Below, in pieces: positions 37,551-49,261 of a stretch of DNA of 64,000 bases. The translations under genes and the position numbers were made by a program. The first letter of the stretch is position 1. Every line of letters begins with the position of its first letter. The notes under the pieces were generated by a model. It was not told the DNA's origin. It ran no database searches and saw only the letters and a list, made by a program, of their open reading frames with translations. Origin of the DNA: Camelus dromedarius (taxonomy: Eukaryota); NCBI RefSeq assembly GCF_036321535.1, contig NC_087436.1, forward strand, positions 95,544,001 through 95,608,000, given 5' to 3'.

Positions 37551-39242
37551 GGTTTCTGTCCAACTTTCCTTCCCAGTTTCTGTGAAGAGGAGACAAAATC
37601 CTGCATGTTTTTCTAGGAGGAGAAAAAAAAAAAAACCTGAAGGGAAACTTAATAACATGTCAGGACACATTGTGCTATTCATTTTCTTGTTTTTCCTGTC
37701 TCATTCTTGAAACCTCTTTTCAAAAATCTTGCCACCTTTCTTGCCTCTTCCTTAATTTTGTGTGTTTTTAGGGTAGGAGAGGGAGAGGATTAGAAGCCTA
37801 CGGATTTTAAGCCAGCCCCAAGCTTTCCTAAAACTTGTCGTTTGTTTGCAGAACGAGAGTTCGTTTCCCGGCCCAGATGAAAAGAGTAGTTTCTGCCTCC
37901 TTTTCTTATATTTGAAAAAAAAAAAAAATTAACAACCCCTTAGCAAAATGCTCGGTGCAAGTGAGATTCATTCGGAAAGTGGTGGAATTAGCTGGTGTTA
38001 CAGGTGAAGAGGTGAGTTGCAGAGAAGAAAGATAACTTGTCCCAGGCCACTCACCTGGCTCCCTATGAAGCCCAAACGAAGAGGTCAAGGTCTCCCAAAT
38101 CCTACCCCAGCGTTTAATGCCCATTCTGCCATGATTACCAACAGGTTCTGCAGGCTCGCATTGATGCCAAAACAAATGAACTGTCACAATTAAAACATAG
38201 GGTAAAATAAGTGTTTAAAGTAAGGTAACTTTTTACAAATTATATAGGGTATGTACCATTATCAAAGGGACTTGGAGGTCCTTTTCAATAGATTTAATTA
38301 AATTTTTATTTTAATAAATTTTGAAGGTAATTCATTTACATGATTGAAAAGTCACAATTCTACAGCCTAGTACACCTGAGAAGTCTTGCTGCCACCTCCT
38401 TCCCCTTCATCTTCTTTTTTCCAACTTTTTTTCTCCTTCACTGGTAATCATTTTTATTTTTCAATCCTACCTCTGATTTTTAGGAAAATACCAAGCAGCA
38501 CAAATACATAATCTTATTTATTTGCAGTCTTACCAAAAAAAAAAAAGAGAGAGAGAGACAGAGAGCATATAGTGCATTTTGAATTGGTTTTCTGGAGACG
38601 GTGATGGGCTGTGCTAAACCATTTACATCTAGCCCTGGTGTGACTGAGAATCCAGAGGTTTCAACTGGATAGATTTGGCCTATAAACCTAGGCCCCTCCC
38701 TAAACCAGAACCAGCTGCGGCTGCTGCAAGCTGGGATTCTGTGCCCATCCCTGATGGGGCACTAGTTGTTTCACAAGGAGAAACCTGTCTAGATGCCCAA
38801 GTAAAACCCAAATGATATGGTAGGGGCAAGGTTTTAAGCAGTAATTGCCTGTTACTGTTGCTTAGAGGATGGTGAGTGATGATTCCCAGAAAGTAGCATA
38901 GTGTCTGACAGACAGAGAGGTCATGGTCAATGCGATTTCCACATAGGATTCTTCCACCAAAGGAGGTTCACATCCTTCCCATCGCCACTGGGCATTGAAA
39001 GAACGCAGAAGATCAAGGTTACTGCAGGCAGGAAGGCCAGGGGCCGCCGCTGTCCTAGACGCGGGAAAGGACGGACACAGATCAGACCGACAAAAGCAGA
39101 GGCTGTCTTCCCGGCCCCACAGGCTGTGGGTTTACGATGGTTCCTCACAGGAGGGACTGGAGATGAGTGGGGACCCTCCAGATTCTCTACACTGTTGACA
39201 AGACAGCCTGACGGATATGTCACAGCACCACCCATTGGCCCT

Positions 39243-39630
39243 TGTGTTAGATTACTAGGACTGCCATAACAAAGCACCACAAAATGGGTGACTTCAACGG
39301 TAGAAATTTATTGTCCCACAATAATGGAGGCTACAAATCCAAGATCAAGGCGTCTGCAGGGTTGGTTCCATCTGAAGCTGTGAGGGAAAGCGCTGTTCCA
39401 GGCCTCTCTCCATGGCTTGTGGATGGTCATCTTTCCCCTTGTGTCTTCATATCATCCATCCTTTATGTTTGTCTGTCTGTGTCCAAATGTCCCCTTTTTA
39501 TAAGGCCACCAGTCACACTAGATTAGAGTCCACCCTAAGAAACACATTTTAACTTGATTACCTTTGTAAAGACCCTGTCTGCAAATAAGGTCACATTCTG
39601 AGGTTCTAGGGGTTAGGACCCAAACTTATA
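39243..39630 (-). mobile_element. MaLR solo LTR (MLT1B-like)
   Basis: TGTGTTAG...CTGCCATAACAAAGCACCACA...TCCAAGATCAAGG...GTAAAGACCCTGTCTGCAAATAAGGTCACATTCTGAGG. Confidence 0.92.
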
Positions 39631-39762
39631 TTTTTTTAGATATTTAACAAATGTATTTAAATTAAAACTTGTAACCTACTGTTGGCATTAGTAGTAACAT
39701 ACTCTTTGTTACTTTTTACCCTTTTAACTGAAAGTATCAAAAAGCAAGATTTTCCAGGGTTG

Positions 39763-39786
39763 TGATGATGATGATGATGATGATGA
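39763..39786. repeat. (TGA)8 microsatellite
   Basis: Read directly. Confidence 0.9.
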
Positions 39787-39934
39787 TCATTATCATTACT
39801 ATGATTATTATTTTGCATGGTAAAATTTACTATTAATAAAGTTTTCTGATGTTGAATATGAGCAATTTGAAAATACATATTCTACATTTTTCATTCTCAT
39901 GATATTTAGCTGGAACCATAAATTTTAGAGAAGA

Positions 39935-40875
39935 ATTTTTTTTCCAATTTATTGTATTGTGGTAAAATACATTTAACATAAAATTTACCATCTTCACCAT
40001 TTATAAGTGTGCAATTAAATGGTATTAAATATACCCTTATTTTTGTGCACAATCACTACCTTTCATTTCCAGAATTCCTTGTTTTATAAAACTTGGACTC
40101 TGTATCCTTGAAGTAATAATTCCTCATTCACTCTTTCCCCCAGCCCCTGGCAATCACCATACTACTTTCTGTCACTATGATTCTGATGACTCTAAGTACC
40201 TCATATAAGTGGAATCATACAGTATTTGTCTTATTTGACTGGCTTATTTCACTTAGTATAATGTCCTCAAGATTCATCCATTTTGTAGCATATTGCAGAT
40301 TTTCTTTCCTTTTAAAGGCTGAATAATATTCCATCGTGTATGTACATATCACATTTTGGTTATCCATGTACCCATTGGTGGACACTTGGGTTGCATTCAC
40401 ATTTCAACTCTTGTGAATAATGCTGAAATGGACACAAGTGGACAAATATCTCTTCGAGACCTTGCTTTCAATTTGTTTGTATATATAACCAGAAGAGGAA
40501 TTGCTGGATTACATGATAATTCTATTATTAATTTTTTTGAAGATCACCATGCTGTTTTCACAGCAGCTGTAACATTTTACATTCCCACCACCTGTACACA
40601 AGGGTTCCAGTTTCTCCACGTCCTCACCAACATTTGTATTCTGTGTTTTTGATAGTAGGCATCCTGATGGGTGTGCAAATCAGTGAGTTCTGATTTGCAT
40701 CTCCCTGATGATGAGTGATGAGTATCTTTTCATGTGCTTATTGCCCAACTGTATATCTTCTTCAGCAAAATGACTATTCGCATTTTTTGCCCACTTTTGA
40801 ATCTGGCTGTTTGTGCTTTTGTTGTTGAGCTTTAGGAGTTCTCCATATAGTCTGGATATTAATCCCTTATCAGAT
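39935..40875 (-). mobile_element. L1MA/L1MB 3' end with ORF2 C-terminal relics
   Basis: Translations [10 protein letters not shown]...KWAK...HMKR...IIREMQI and TMEYYSAFKR...WMNLEDIILSEISQ are the L1 ORF2p C-terminus. Confidence 0.95.
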
Positions 40876-42529
40876 TCCAGCATACCTCTTTTGAAGGAAG
40901 GCAATTCAACCCATAACATCCCTTTTCAGATCCACAAGCATCCTCTCCATTTCCAGAAGTGCTGGCCTCACACCTCCATTCCACTATTGAGGACAAAGCC
41001 ATACGCAAAGAGTCTTTGGAAGTGTCATATTAATTGGGCGTATTATGGAAAGTAGGAGGCAGTTTGAAACCCCTTGCTTTATAATTGGTTGCATACATAA
41101 TATCCATATACTGAATCTAACATGCTTCTCCTTATGGAGACTGGGTCCTGTCATTTTCAACAAATCCTTTCTTTGTCTATAAGTTCAAAGCAGAAAAACA
41201 AAAATCCCTCCAACTACTGTGATGCAAACCAAGCTTTCCCCACTCTCTCCCTCCACCGCACACACCTGACCATTGGAGGTGAGATCCTGGTGCCCAGATT
41301 GTACAAAATCAAGTGCTCCTTCTACTCAAATGTAAAATTTTTCTTTAGCTACAGTGTGGAAGCTATACTGAACTAAAAGGTATATCAGGCTCTTGGACTG
41401 GGCTTTGGGGGTTGTGGTTATTAATCATTTTACTTTTGCTTCTGTTAAATCTGGCTTGACATCTTGCTGAGATGCTGTGACAAACACTTTGGACCCATGA
41501 CTTGGCAGGACCAGGTCTGGCTCTTGTCAGGCAGGTGAAAGCAGCCAAGCTTGGTTCGAACATGCTCGAGGGATTTGACACCTGGAAACCCCCACAAAGC
41601 TAATTCCATTCCAGACCTTTCTCAACACCCAGAGGAGGGAACACAAGAGCTGATTGTCCTTACCAGTTTCCCTGCTTGCAATTCTATGGTCTCAGGGTTT
41701 GTGGAGGGAGGAGGTGGGTAGACATGTACATTTACTAGTGTAGGGTCTCAAGTCAGGAAGCAGATCTGATGCCTTACAGCCCAGTGACCAAATGCTGCCC
41801 CCTGCAATTCTGAGGGATGATATTTAGAACTAAGCAACCCCTAGCCCAGGGGTGCCGATGTCAAACCCCTCCACCAGGCTCAGGCCAATGACCTGTTTTC
41901 CTCAGGGCTTTGCCTTTGTGATTCTGGTTACTTGTTGCTTCCCATCATTCTTGTTTTCCACATTTCTTGGGCTCCATCCAATGCTGAGTAATGATTCTGA
42001 GCCAGAAGCCCTGAGGCTTTAAGCTGCTGCTCCAAAGAGGGGTGTAACTAACAGCTCCAGGCACCAAATTGTGGGCCCCTCATCTGCCCACAGGCTCTAT
42101 AGGAGGAGTCGGGTGTAGCCAGGTTCAGGTGATTTGTATCCTTTGGCAGAGCTGGGGAGAAGCGAGGGCATTCCAACTGAACCTCCGTCTCTGGTCTTTG
42201 GGGGTGCAGGGGGGCTCTTACTTATCACACAGAGTGATACCCCATTAGCTATTGCTTCCCTTCCTTTCTTCTCCCTTGTCCTGACCCACCCCACGATCAT
42301 CACTGGAAGTATTTTACTCCAGCATCGTCTTGAGGTGAAGGAAAGATCTGAAATAGATCTTGCATGACCTGGGTCTGTGACATCTACTGGACTCTGTGCT
42401 GCTGAAACTCCTGGGGGGTGGACCCCAGGACTGGCGCAGAAGTTCAGTGAGGCCGACAAAAGGCTTGAAGTGAGGTGCCAGCCCCCAGAGTGAGCTCTCA
42501 GCGTGCACTGTAAAGGAGATGATGGCAAT

Positions 42530-42750
42530 GCTGAAGGCGGTACTCACAGCCAACTGTGTGCCTTCTGTGTGCCAGGTGTCATTCAATTTAGTTGTCACAA
42601 CAGTTCTATGAGGTAGGTACTATTACTGTTCCCATTTTACCAATGAGGAAACCGAGCCACCGAGAGGTCCTTCATCACACAGTTAACCCAAGGAAGAGCT
42701 GGCGTTTTAGCCCTGGCAGTTCAGCTCTGGAGTCAGCACTCTCAATCATG
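42530..42750 (-). mobile_element. MIR SINE
   Basis: CTATGAGGTAGGTACTATTACTGTTCCCATTTTACCAATGAGGAAACCGAG. Confidence 0.9.
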
Positions 42751-43927
42751 GACCCATATTAACAAAAACATGGTATTATTGTCCCCACGTCACAACTGAG
42801 AAGACCGAGGTACAGAGAAGCCCTGTGCCTTGCCCCACCGCACGTGGCCGAGGAGACACTGGGAGACAGGTACCTCCCATCTGACCCCCGACCACACCCC
42901 TAGGGGGAGAGGGGAGGTTGAGGAGGGGTGGAGTCAGGATGTGACTGCTTCTGACTGTCCCTTCTCCACCCTGAGTTTCCACCTTCCTCCTGAAGCTTCA
43001 GCTCTCGGTTCAGGTGACAGGAAGCTACCAGAAAAAGAGCCAGATAGTGAGTGAGCAGGTGAGGAAATCAGAAACCTGCACCTGCCAATCCAGGAATCAG
43101 TCCAATCTGCCTTATGGAAATGACACCTGGCCGCCCAGGTGTCCAGATGCCCCTAGGCAAAGGGAGGTGGACATTAGAGGACGTTAGAGCCCCCAAAAAT
43201 ATGAATGTGGAGTAGCAGAGAAAATAAAGAGGGCTAAGATGGGATGGAAGCAGGCTGGAAACAGATACCCTTTCAGGTGGAAAGAACCATAGAGACTGAC
43301 GAGTCCAACCTCTTAGATATTATTAATAATGAGAGCTAACACTGACTGGGCACTGATTTTGTGCCAGATATTGTTCTAAGCGCTTTCCTTGTGCCTACAG
43401 CAATCCTACGATGCAGGTGCTATTTTTGTCTTCATTGGGAAAGTGAATCAAAGGTTAATTAGCCCAATAAAAGGTAGATCAAGGCAGTCTCCCTCTCTCC
43501 AAAGCCCACATTGCTTTTACTGTTTAACATTTTATGATGGACCATTCCAAATATACACAAAGTTAGAGAGAATATTGTAATGAACCCTCATAAGTCCATT
43601 AACCAGTTGTAATAATCATCAACACGAGACAGATCTTATTTCATCATTCATCCCCCATCTATTCTTCCACTACTAGATTTTTTTGAATTTCATACATATT
43701 ATTTCTGTATCATAGTGTCCTGTTATCAGTGCATATCTTAATAGGTATCTCCAAGAAAAAAGGACTTTCTTAACGTAGCCATAATACCAGTGTTCTGTCT
43801 AAAGAAATAACAATTTTTGCTTAATACCATCAAATATCCAAACGTTGTTCAGATATCTCAGACTGTCTCATACGAGTATTTTTACAGTGGTTTATTTGAA
43901 TTAGGATAAAATATAGTCCCCACATTA

Positions 43928-44661
43928 AAAATAGAACTACTATATGACCCAGCAATTCCACTATTGGGTATATATCAGAAGAAAACAAAATCCAAAGTTG
44001 AAAAGATACATGCACCCAATGTTCATAGCAGCATTATTACAATCACTGAGGTATGGAGGCAACCTAAATATCCATCAACAGATGAGTAAAGAATATGTGG
44101 TGCATATACACAATGGAATACTACTCAGCCATCAAAAAAGAATGAAATGTCATTTGCAACAACATGGATGGATTTGGAGGGTATTATATTTAGTGAAATA
44201 AGTCAGACAAAGACATACTGTATGATACACTTATATGTAGAATCTAAAAAATAAACTAGTGAATATAACAAAAAAGAAACAGACTCACAGATATAGAGAA
44301 CAACTTAGTGGTTACCAGTGGGGATACGGAAGTGGGGAGGGGCAAGATAGGGATAGGGGATTAAGGGGTACAAACTATTATGTATAAAATAAATAAGCTA
44401 CATGGATATTTTGCACAACACAGGGAGTATAGCCAATATTTTATATTAACTATAAATGACCTTTAAAAATTGTGAATAGGGGAAGGGTAGAGCTCAGTCG
44501 TAGAGTGCACACTTAGCATGCACGAGGTCCTGGGTTCAATCCGCAGTTCCTCTGTTAAAAATAAATAAACCTAACTTATTTTTTTTTAAAAATTGTGGAT
44601 CGCTATGTTGTACACGCGAAACATATAATACTGTAAATCAACTATACCTCAATTTTTAAAA
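43928..44661 (+). mobile_element. 5'-truncated L1 (L1MA9-like 3' end) with 13-bp TSD
   Basis: ATATGACCCAGCAATTCCACT...AAATCAACTATACCTCAAT; TSD AGTCCCCACATTA (43915-43927) / AGTTCCCACATTA (44662-44674). Confidence 0.93.
44479..44584 (+). mobile_element. Camelid tRNA-Ala-derived SINE (vic-1-like)
   Basis: A-box AGCTCAGTCGTAGAG, CTTAGCAT loop, B-box GGTTCAATCC, AAATAAACCTAA tail; TSD TTTAAAAATTGTG(A/G)AT at 44462-44477 / 44585-44600. Confidence 0.9.
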
Positions 44662-45699
44662 AGTTCCCACATTATATTTGGGTGATATCCACCGTCCCCT
44701 CCCCATTGCCATTCATTTGTTGAAGATACAGAGTCTTTCTCACATTTTGGATTTTGCTGATTATAGCTTTGTGGTGTCATTTAAAATGTTTCTCCATCCT
44801 CTGTATTTCCTGTAAACTGATAGTTAGATCTAGTGTTTTAATTAGATTTACATTTAATTGTTTGGCAAAGCTACTTCATAGGTAGTACATAGTCACAGCC
44901 TCTATGCTTACATCTACTTTTTTCCAGAAGACGAAAGGTCGAGCCCAAGTTCAAAAAGCTTATGAAGGACAGACCAGGACTGAAACTCTAGTCTTCTGAC
45001 TCCAGCCCCCTGCCCTTCCATCCCATCACAGTACTCCAATCTAGAATTTTCTCTTGGAATGGAAGGACAGTTGAGCTGTCATTTAATCTACTCCTTCCTT
45101 TCATGAGAGAAGCCAAGAGAGGAGCGGTGGGAAAATTCCAACCTTTCTTTGGCATATGGCAATATTTTAATTTTAAACAGATGATAGGAGAGAGGGATCT
45201 CCCCAAGCCTGGGTGGGGCCATGTACCTTCTGCTTTTGCCAGAGGACTGGAAGTATTTAAGCCAGAGCTCTGGCACGGAATAGCATTCCTGTTCCCTCTT
45301 TCCTTTCAGATATGGAGAACCAATTTACCTGAGTGAGTGCTGACAGGAACATTTCATCCTTTTGACTTATTCATTTCACTTGATGGGAAAGAGGTGGGTG
45401 CACACTCGCAGCACTGGGTGCCTAAGGAGGTGCTCGGAATTCCACATGGGGGAACAGGGAAGGAGGAGCTAGTGAGGGCAGCAGCCATGCTGCGCGTTTC
45501 AGAGGTGAGCACTTTTTCTTTTTCCTACTCTGTATTTTTCTGTATTTTTCTTCCTGCTAAACTGAGTCAGCAAACACCAGAGCCAAGACTGTATGACACA
45601 GATAAACAGATCTCTTCGCATCGCCAGAGGAAGAAATCACCCCATACGAAAACTTGGACAGTCTTGGGGCGGGGGTGGGGGGGAAATGTGGCCCAGATG

Positions 45700-45920
45700 C
45701 ACAATAACAGTAGGAGTTCACAGTTATTGGACATTTAACACATGGCAGGCATGTTATATGCAGTATCTCATTTAATCCTCACAACAACCCTGCAAAGTAG
45801 AAGGCAGGTGCTTTTGTCTGAATCGGGAGGTGAGGAGGAACGTGAAATCACAGACAGCAGTGAAGGCAGAATTCAGATCTCTGTTCTTCTCATTTAATGT
45901 CTGTGGCTTAACCATTAGGC
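45700..45920 (-). mobile_element. MIR SINE
   Basis: TATCTCATTTAATCCTCACAACAACCCTGCAAAGTAG. Confidence 0.85.
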
Positions 45921-46468
45921 TTCAAGCTCAGCTAGGTGAAGATAGCTATTTGAGAAAGGACAGCAGCTTAGAAAGGAGCTTCGGATGGGGTGATGGGACG
46001 CTTTCTGAAGGAGATGGCTGTGGAGAAGCAACAGTTATGCACTCTCCTGCTCCCTCTCTGTCAAGTTTAAGGCTCCTAACTGGGAAGGATTATCAGGGTC
46101 ACATCTGGCACACACAAAGCCTTAGTGTGAATTCGAAAGTGACGCCTCTTGTGGGTGGATAAATCATAAAAGCTGCCCATCTGGGAGGCCCCTTCTCAAG
46201 GGTGATATCTGCACAGGGTTCACTGCGTGGGGCAGGACTGGGTCAGATTCCAGCCCACTTCACGCCCTGAGCCAAGCCAGAGAGCAGGCGGCAGGCCCTG
46301 TGAGAGTCAGGCTGGTTTCCCACCCAGCACACAGCATCCTTGTCAAGCCCGTCATTCTTGCTGAGCTGTTACCATCTTTTGGTGGTTGTTTCACGTGACT
46401 GTGGTCTCAAGTCAGCTCAGAAGAGAGCAGAACCCAATTACTAGATTACTCACAATGCTGGTTTTCTT

Positions 46469-46500
<32 letters not shown>

Positions 46501-46729
46501 TTTTTTCCACCACATTCAAAGCTGTGGCAGCCAAATTTCCCCCAGCCTTACTGGTTCAACTCAAGAGGCTGGGATGATGTCTATATACGGGCAGCCCAGA
46601 GATGTGACCATATCATTCCTTCTTTTCAGTCAAGCTGATCAAGTTAAATGGCTGATTTTCGTCATGGGATTTTGTAAAAGAACATGAAAAATCATTTGAA
46701 TTTTATAAACATCTTTTAAACCTTTTTAA

Positions 46730-47135
46730 AAACTCAAGGTAAATATGAATCAGTACAAACCATCAGGAAATAAATTTGGTCATAACTTAGATACGGTCAT
46801 TTCATTTTGGGGAATTTATAGTCGAGAAATGCTAAACATGAGAGAAAAACAAAAGCTTCTATTTACAAAGATATTCCTCGCTATATTCTTTATAACAAGA
46901 AACAAATGGAAATCAGCTGTTCTTTATGGGCACACGTGTAAGTTGGTAAAATATGGTCTCTATCATGTAATAGTTTTACATTGTTTTTAGAACTTGTGTT
47001 TGTTAGATGACATAAATGCCCATGTTGTTATATTATGGGGAAAACATCAGGAAACATACGAATAATATGTATGATCACAACTATGTCAGGCTTGCTTAAA
47101 AGAATTCAGAAAGATGATATACTGAAATCAGTCTT
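46730..47135 (+). mobile_element. Old L1ME fragment
   Basis: TTTCATTTTGGGGAATTTAT; ACAAAGATATTCCTCGCTATATTCTTTATAACAAGAAACAAATGGAAA. Confidence 0.6.
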
Positions 47136-47144
47136 AGTGATAAT

Positions 47145-47395
47145 AACCTAATGATAATAACCACTATTTACTGAGTTTTGACTATGTGCTAGGTACCGTT
47201 CTAAGTGATCTCTGTGTATTAACTCAGTTTATCCTTACAGCAACACCTTGAGGTTAGCACAACTATTATGATTCTCATTTTACAGATAAGGGAGCTGAGG
47301 CAGAGCAAAGTGAAGTAACCTGCCCAAGCCACATAGCAAGCAAGGTCAAAGCTGGAAGAGGAATCCAGGAAGCCTTCACAACCATGCCTCCTAGC
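47145..47395 (-). mobile_element. MIR SINE
   Basis: CTCATTTTACAGATAAGGGAGCTGAGGCAGAG...AAGTAACCTGCCCAAG. Confidence 0.9.
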
Positions 47396-47419
47396 CATTG
47401 ATCAGTTCAACGAAAAACA

Positions 47420-48860
47420 GAAAAAGGGTAATATGGAGAGATAGTATTAAAAATGTTATATACAACAGAGAGCCTGGAATATTTTGTGATAAGGAAGTTG
47501 TCAAAGACTGGGCGGGTCCTGTCGAGAGACTCATGAGCTAAACGAAAGAGGTTCTCCTCGCCTAAAGAAAATAAATCTGAGCATCATTAACTGTGGTGGA
47601 CTGAAACACATCAATATTTTTAAACCTATAGGCTTAAAATTACTCAGAGGAAAAAAAAAAACTCATCGGCCCCTTTAGAGATACTAGGAAATAACTCATT
47701 CTGAAAACTGGTAAGCAGAGGAAAAGAATCAAGCATTTATCCTGCTGATACTTGCTGTAGAACTTACGGTAAGTAAATTGTTGATGAGAGCAAATTTCTC
47801 CGAATAGAAATATTCCATATAATAAATGAGACAGGAATAATAGATCAGCACCATTTTTAACCCCATATAAAATAATGGATTAGGCAATGAATGCTAACAT
47901 GACAGAAGACAAAGCCAGACAGTATGTGCTTCCTGGTGGAATTATCACATCACCATCTATGAAACATTCAGGCAAAAAAAAAAAAAAAAAAAAAAATCAA
48001 AACCTGAATCAGATTGTACCTCTAGATTTAACTCCTGATTTATAAGAAATGCAGGAGACAGAGAAGTGTTTTAAATGACACCATGGGGAATAAGATTAGC
48101 AAAATCTAGACTGGGACACTTTATAAGACATAGAACTTGATTTCTTCAATACACAAATTGCAGGGGAAAGAGGAGAATAGGGATTTAAGAGATTAAAAAA
48201 GACTAATTGCAATGATTTCATTTGCATTCTATTTAGAGGAAAACTCCTGCAAAACATTTTGAGACAATCAGAGAAATTAAAATACTACTTGGATATTTAA
48301 TTTTTTTTTTGAGCTATCTTATTGATTTGGGGCTTCTTTTCTTTTTTCTTTCTGTTTTGTTTGTTTGGTTGGTTCTCTTTTTTTGAGGGGGAGGTAATCA
48401 GGTTTGTTTATTTATTTATTTATTTATTTATTTTTTTTTATTTTTTTATTTTTTTTAGTGAAGGTACTGAGGATTGAACCCAGGACCTCATGCATGGTAA
48501 GCATGAGCTCTACCACTGAGCCATACCTTCCCCTGGATATTTGATTAAACTAATGGATTTTGTTCAATTTTTAAGTGTAAAGATGACATCGTAGTTATAC
48601 TTTTAGAAAGAAATCTTGTCTTTTAGTGATGTATGCTGAAATATTTGTGGATGAAAATATATGATTTCTAAGATTACCTTTAGTATATTTCAAGAGCCAG
48701 GGGGAAGTGAATGAGGGAGAGATACAAAAAGATTGGCCATGAATTGATCATTGTTGAAGCTGAGTGATGGGTACATGGAGGCTCATCAGACTCTTCTCTC
48801 TACTTTTATACAGGATTTAATATTTCCATTAACAAAACATTGTGAATGGTACAAACATAT
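47420..48860 (+). mobile_element. Old L1MC4/5-like 3' region (host of a SINE)
   Basis: GAAAAGAATCAAGCATTTATCCTG; ACCTGAATCAGATT...CTCTAGAT; TTGTTGAAGCTGAGTGATGGGTACATGGAG. Confidence 0.85.
48303..48533 (-). mobile_element. Camelid tRNA-Ala-derived SINE (vic-1-like) with extended tail
   Basis: Minus strand GGGGAAGGTATGGCTCAGTGGTAGAG...GAGGTCCTGGGTTCAATCCTCAGTACC; TSD TGGATATTT(A/G)ATT at 48290-48302 / 48534-48546. Confidence 0.92.
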
Positions 48861-48914
48861 CTTAATTTTATTCTTATTTAAAATATTTAACTCTTCTGCT
48901 GTAGAACTGAGGGC

Positions 48915-49185
48915 TAGTATACGGCCATGGGTGAAGGCATGGACTAAGGACCAGACTGCCTGAGTTTGAATGTCAGCTCTACCACTTACCAGTTGGATAA
49001 TCTAGAGTAGGGAGCTTCAAGTCATTCTATCTCAGTTTCCTCATTGTAAAATGGGGTTAACAATGCCATGCACTTAATGTATCATTGAGTTTTTATGACA
49101 ATAAAATGAGCAGAAGTTCTCCAGTGACTAGAGCAGTCCTTGGCACATATGAAGCACTATATGTATTTATGATTTTTATTGTTTC
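48915..49185 (+). mobile_element. MIR SINE
   Basis: CAGACTGCCTGAGTTTGAAT...CTCTACCACTTAC...CTCAGTTTCCTCATTGTAAAATGGGG. Confidence 0.9.
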
Positions 49186-49261
49186 TTTTTTTGTCTTTGG
49201 ACATGACTCCTGATAAATATCTTCACTCATTTTGCATTTTATAAGTATGATTCTGATTCTG

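Larger units (their letters stand above)
43515..44890 (-). mobile_element. Old L1MC-type 3' fragment, split by a younger L1 (host of nested insertions)
   Basis: CCAAATATACACAAAGTTAGAGAGAATA...AATATCCAAACGTTGTTCAGAT resumes at 44675 and includes CTGTATTTCCTGTAAACTGATAGTTAGATCTAG. Confidence 0.75.

Noticed and set aside
40215..40919. Protein-like ORFs as host genes (also 43944-44201, 61800-62369, 62743-63892)
   Set aside because: All are L1 ORF1/ORF2 or 3'UTR translations with frameshifts or stops
44479..44555. tRNA-Ala(AGC) gene
   Set aside because: The anticodon and acceptor stems are disrupted, and it has an A-rich tail and TSD inside an L1, so it is a SINE
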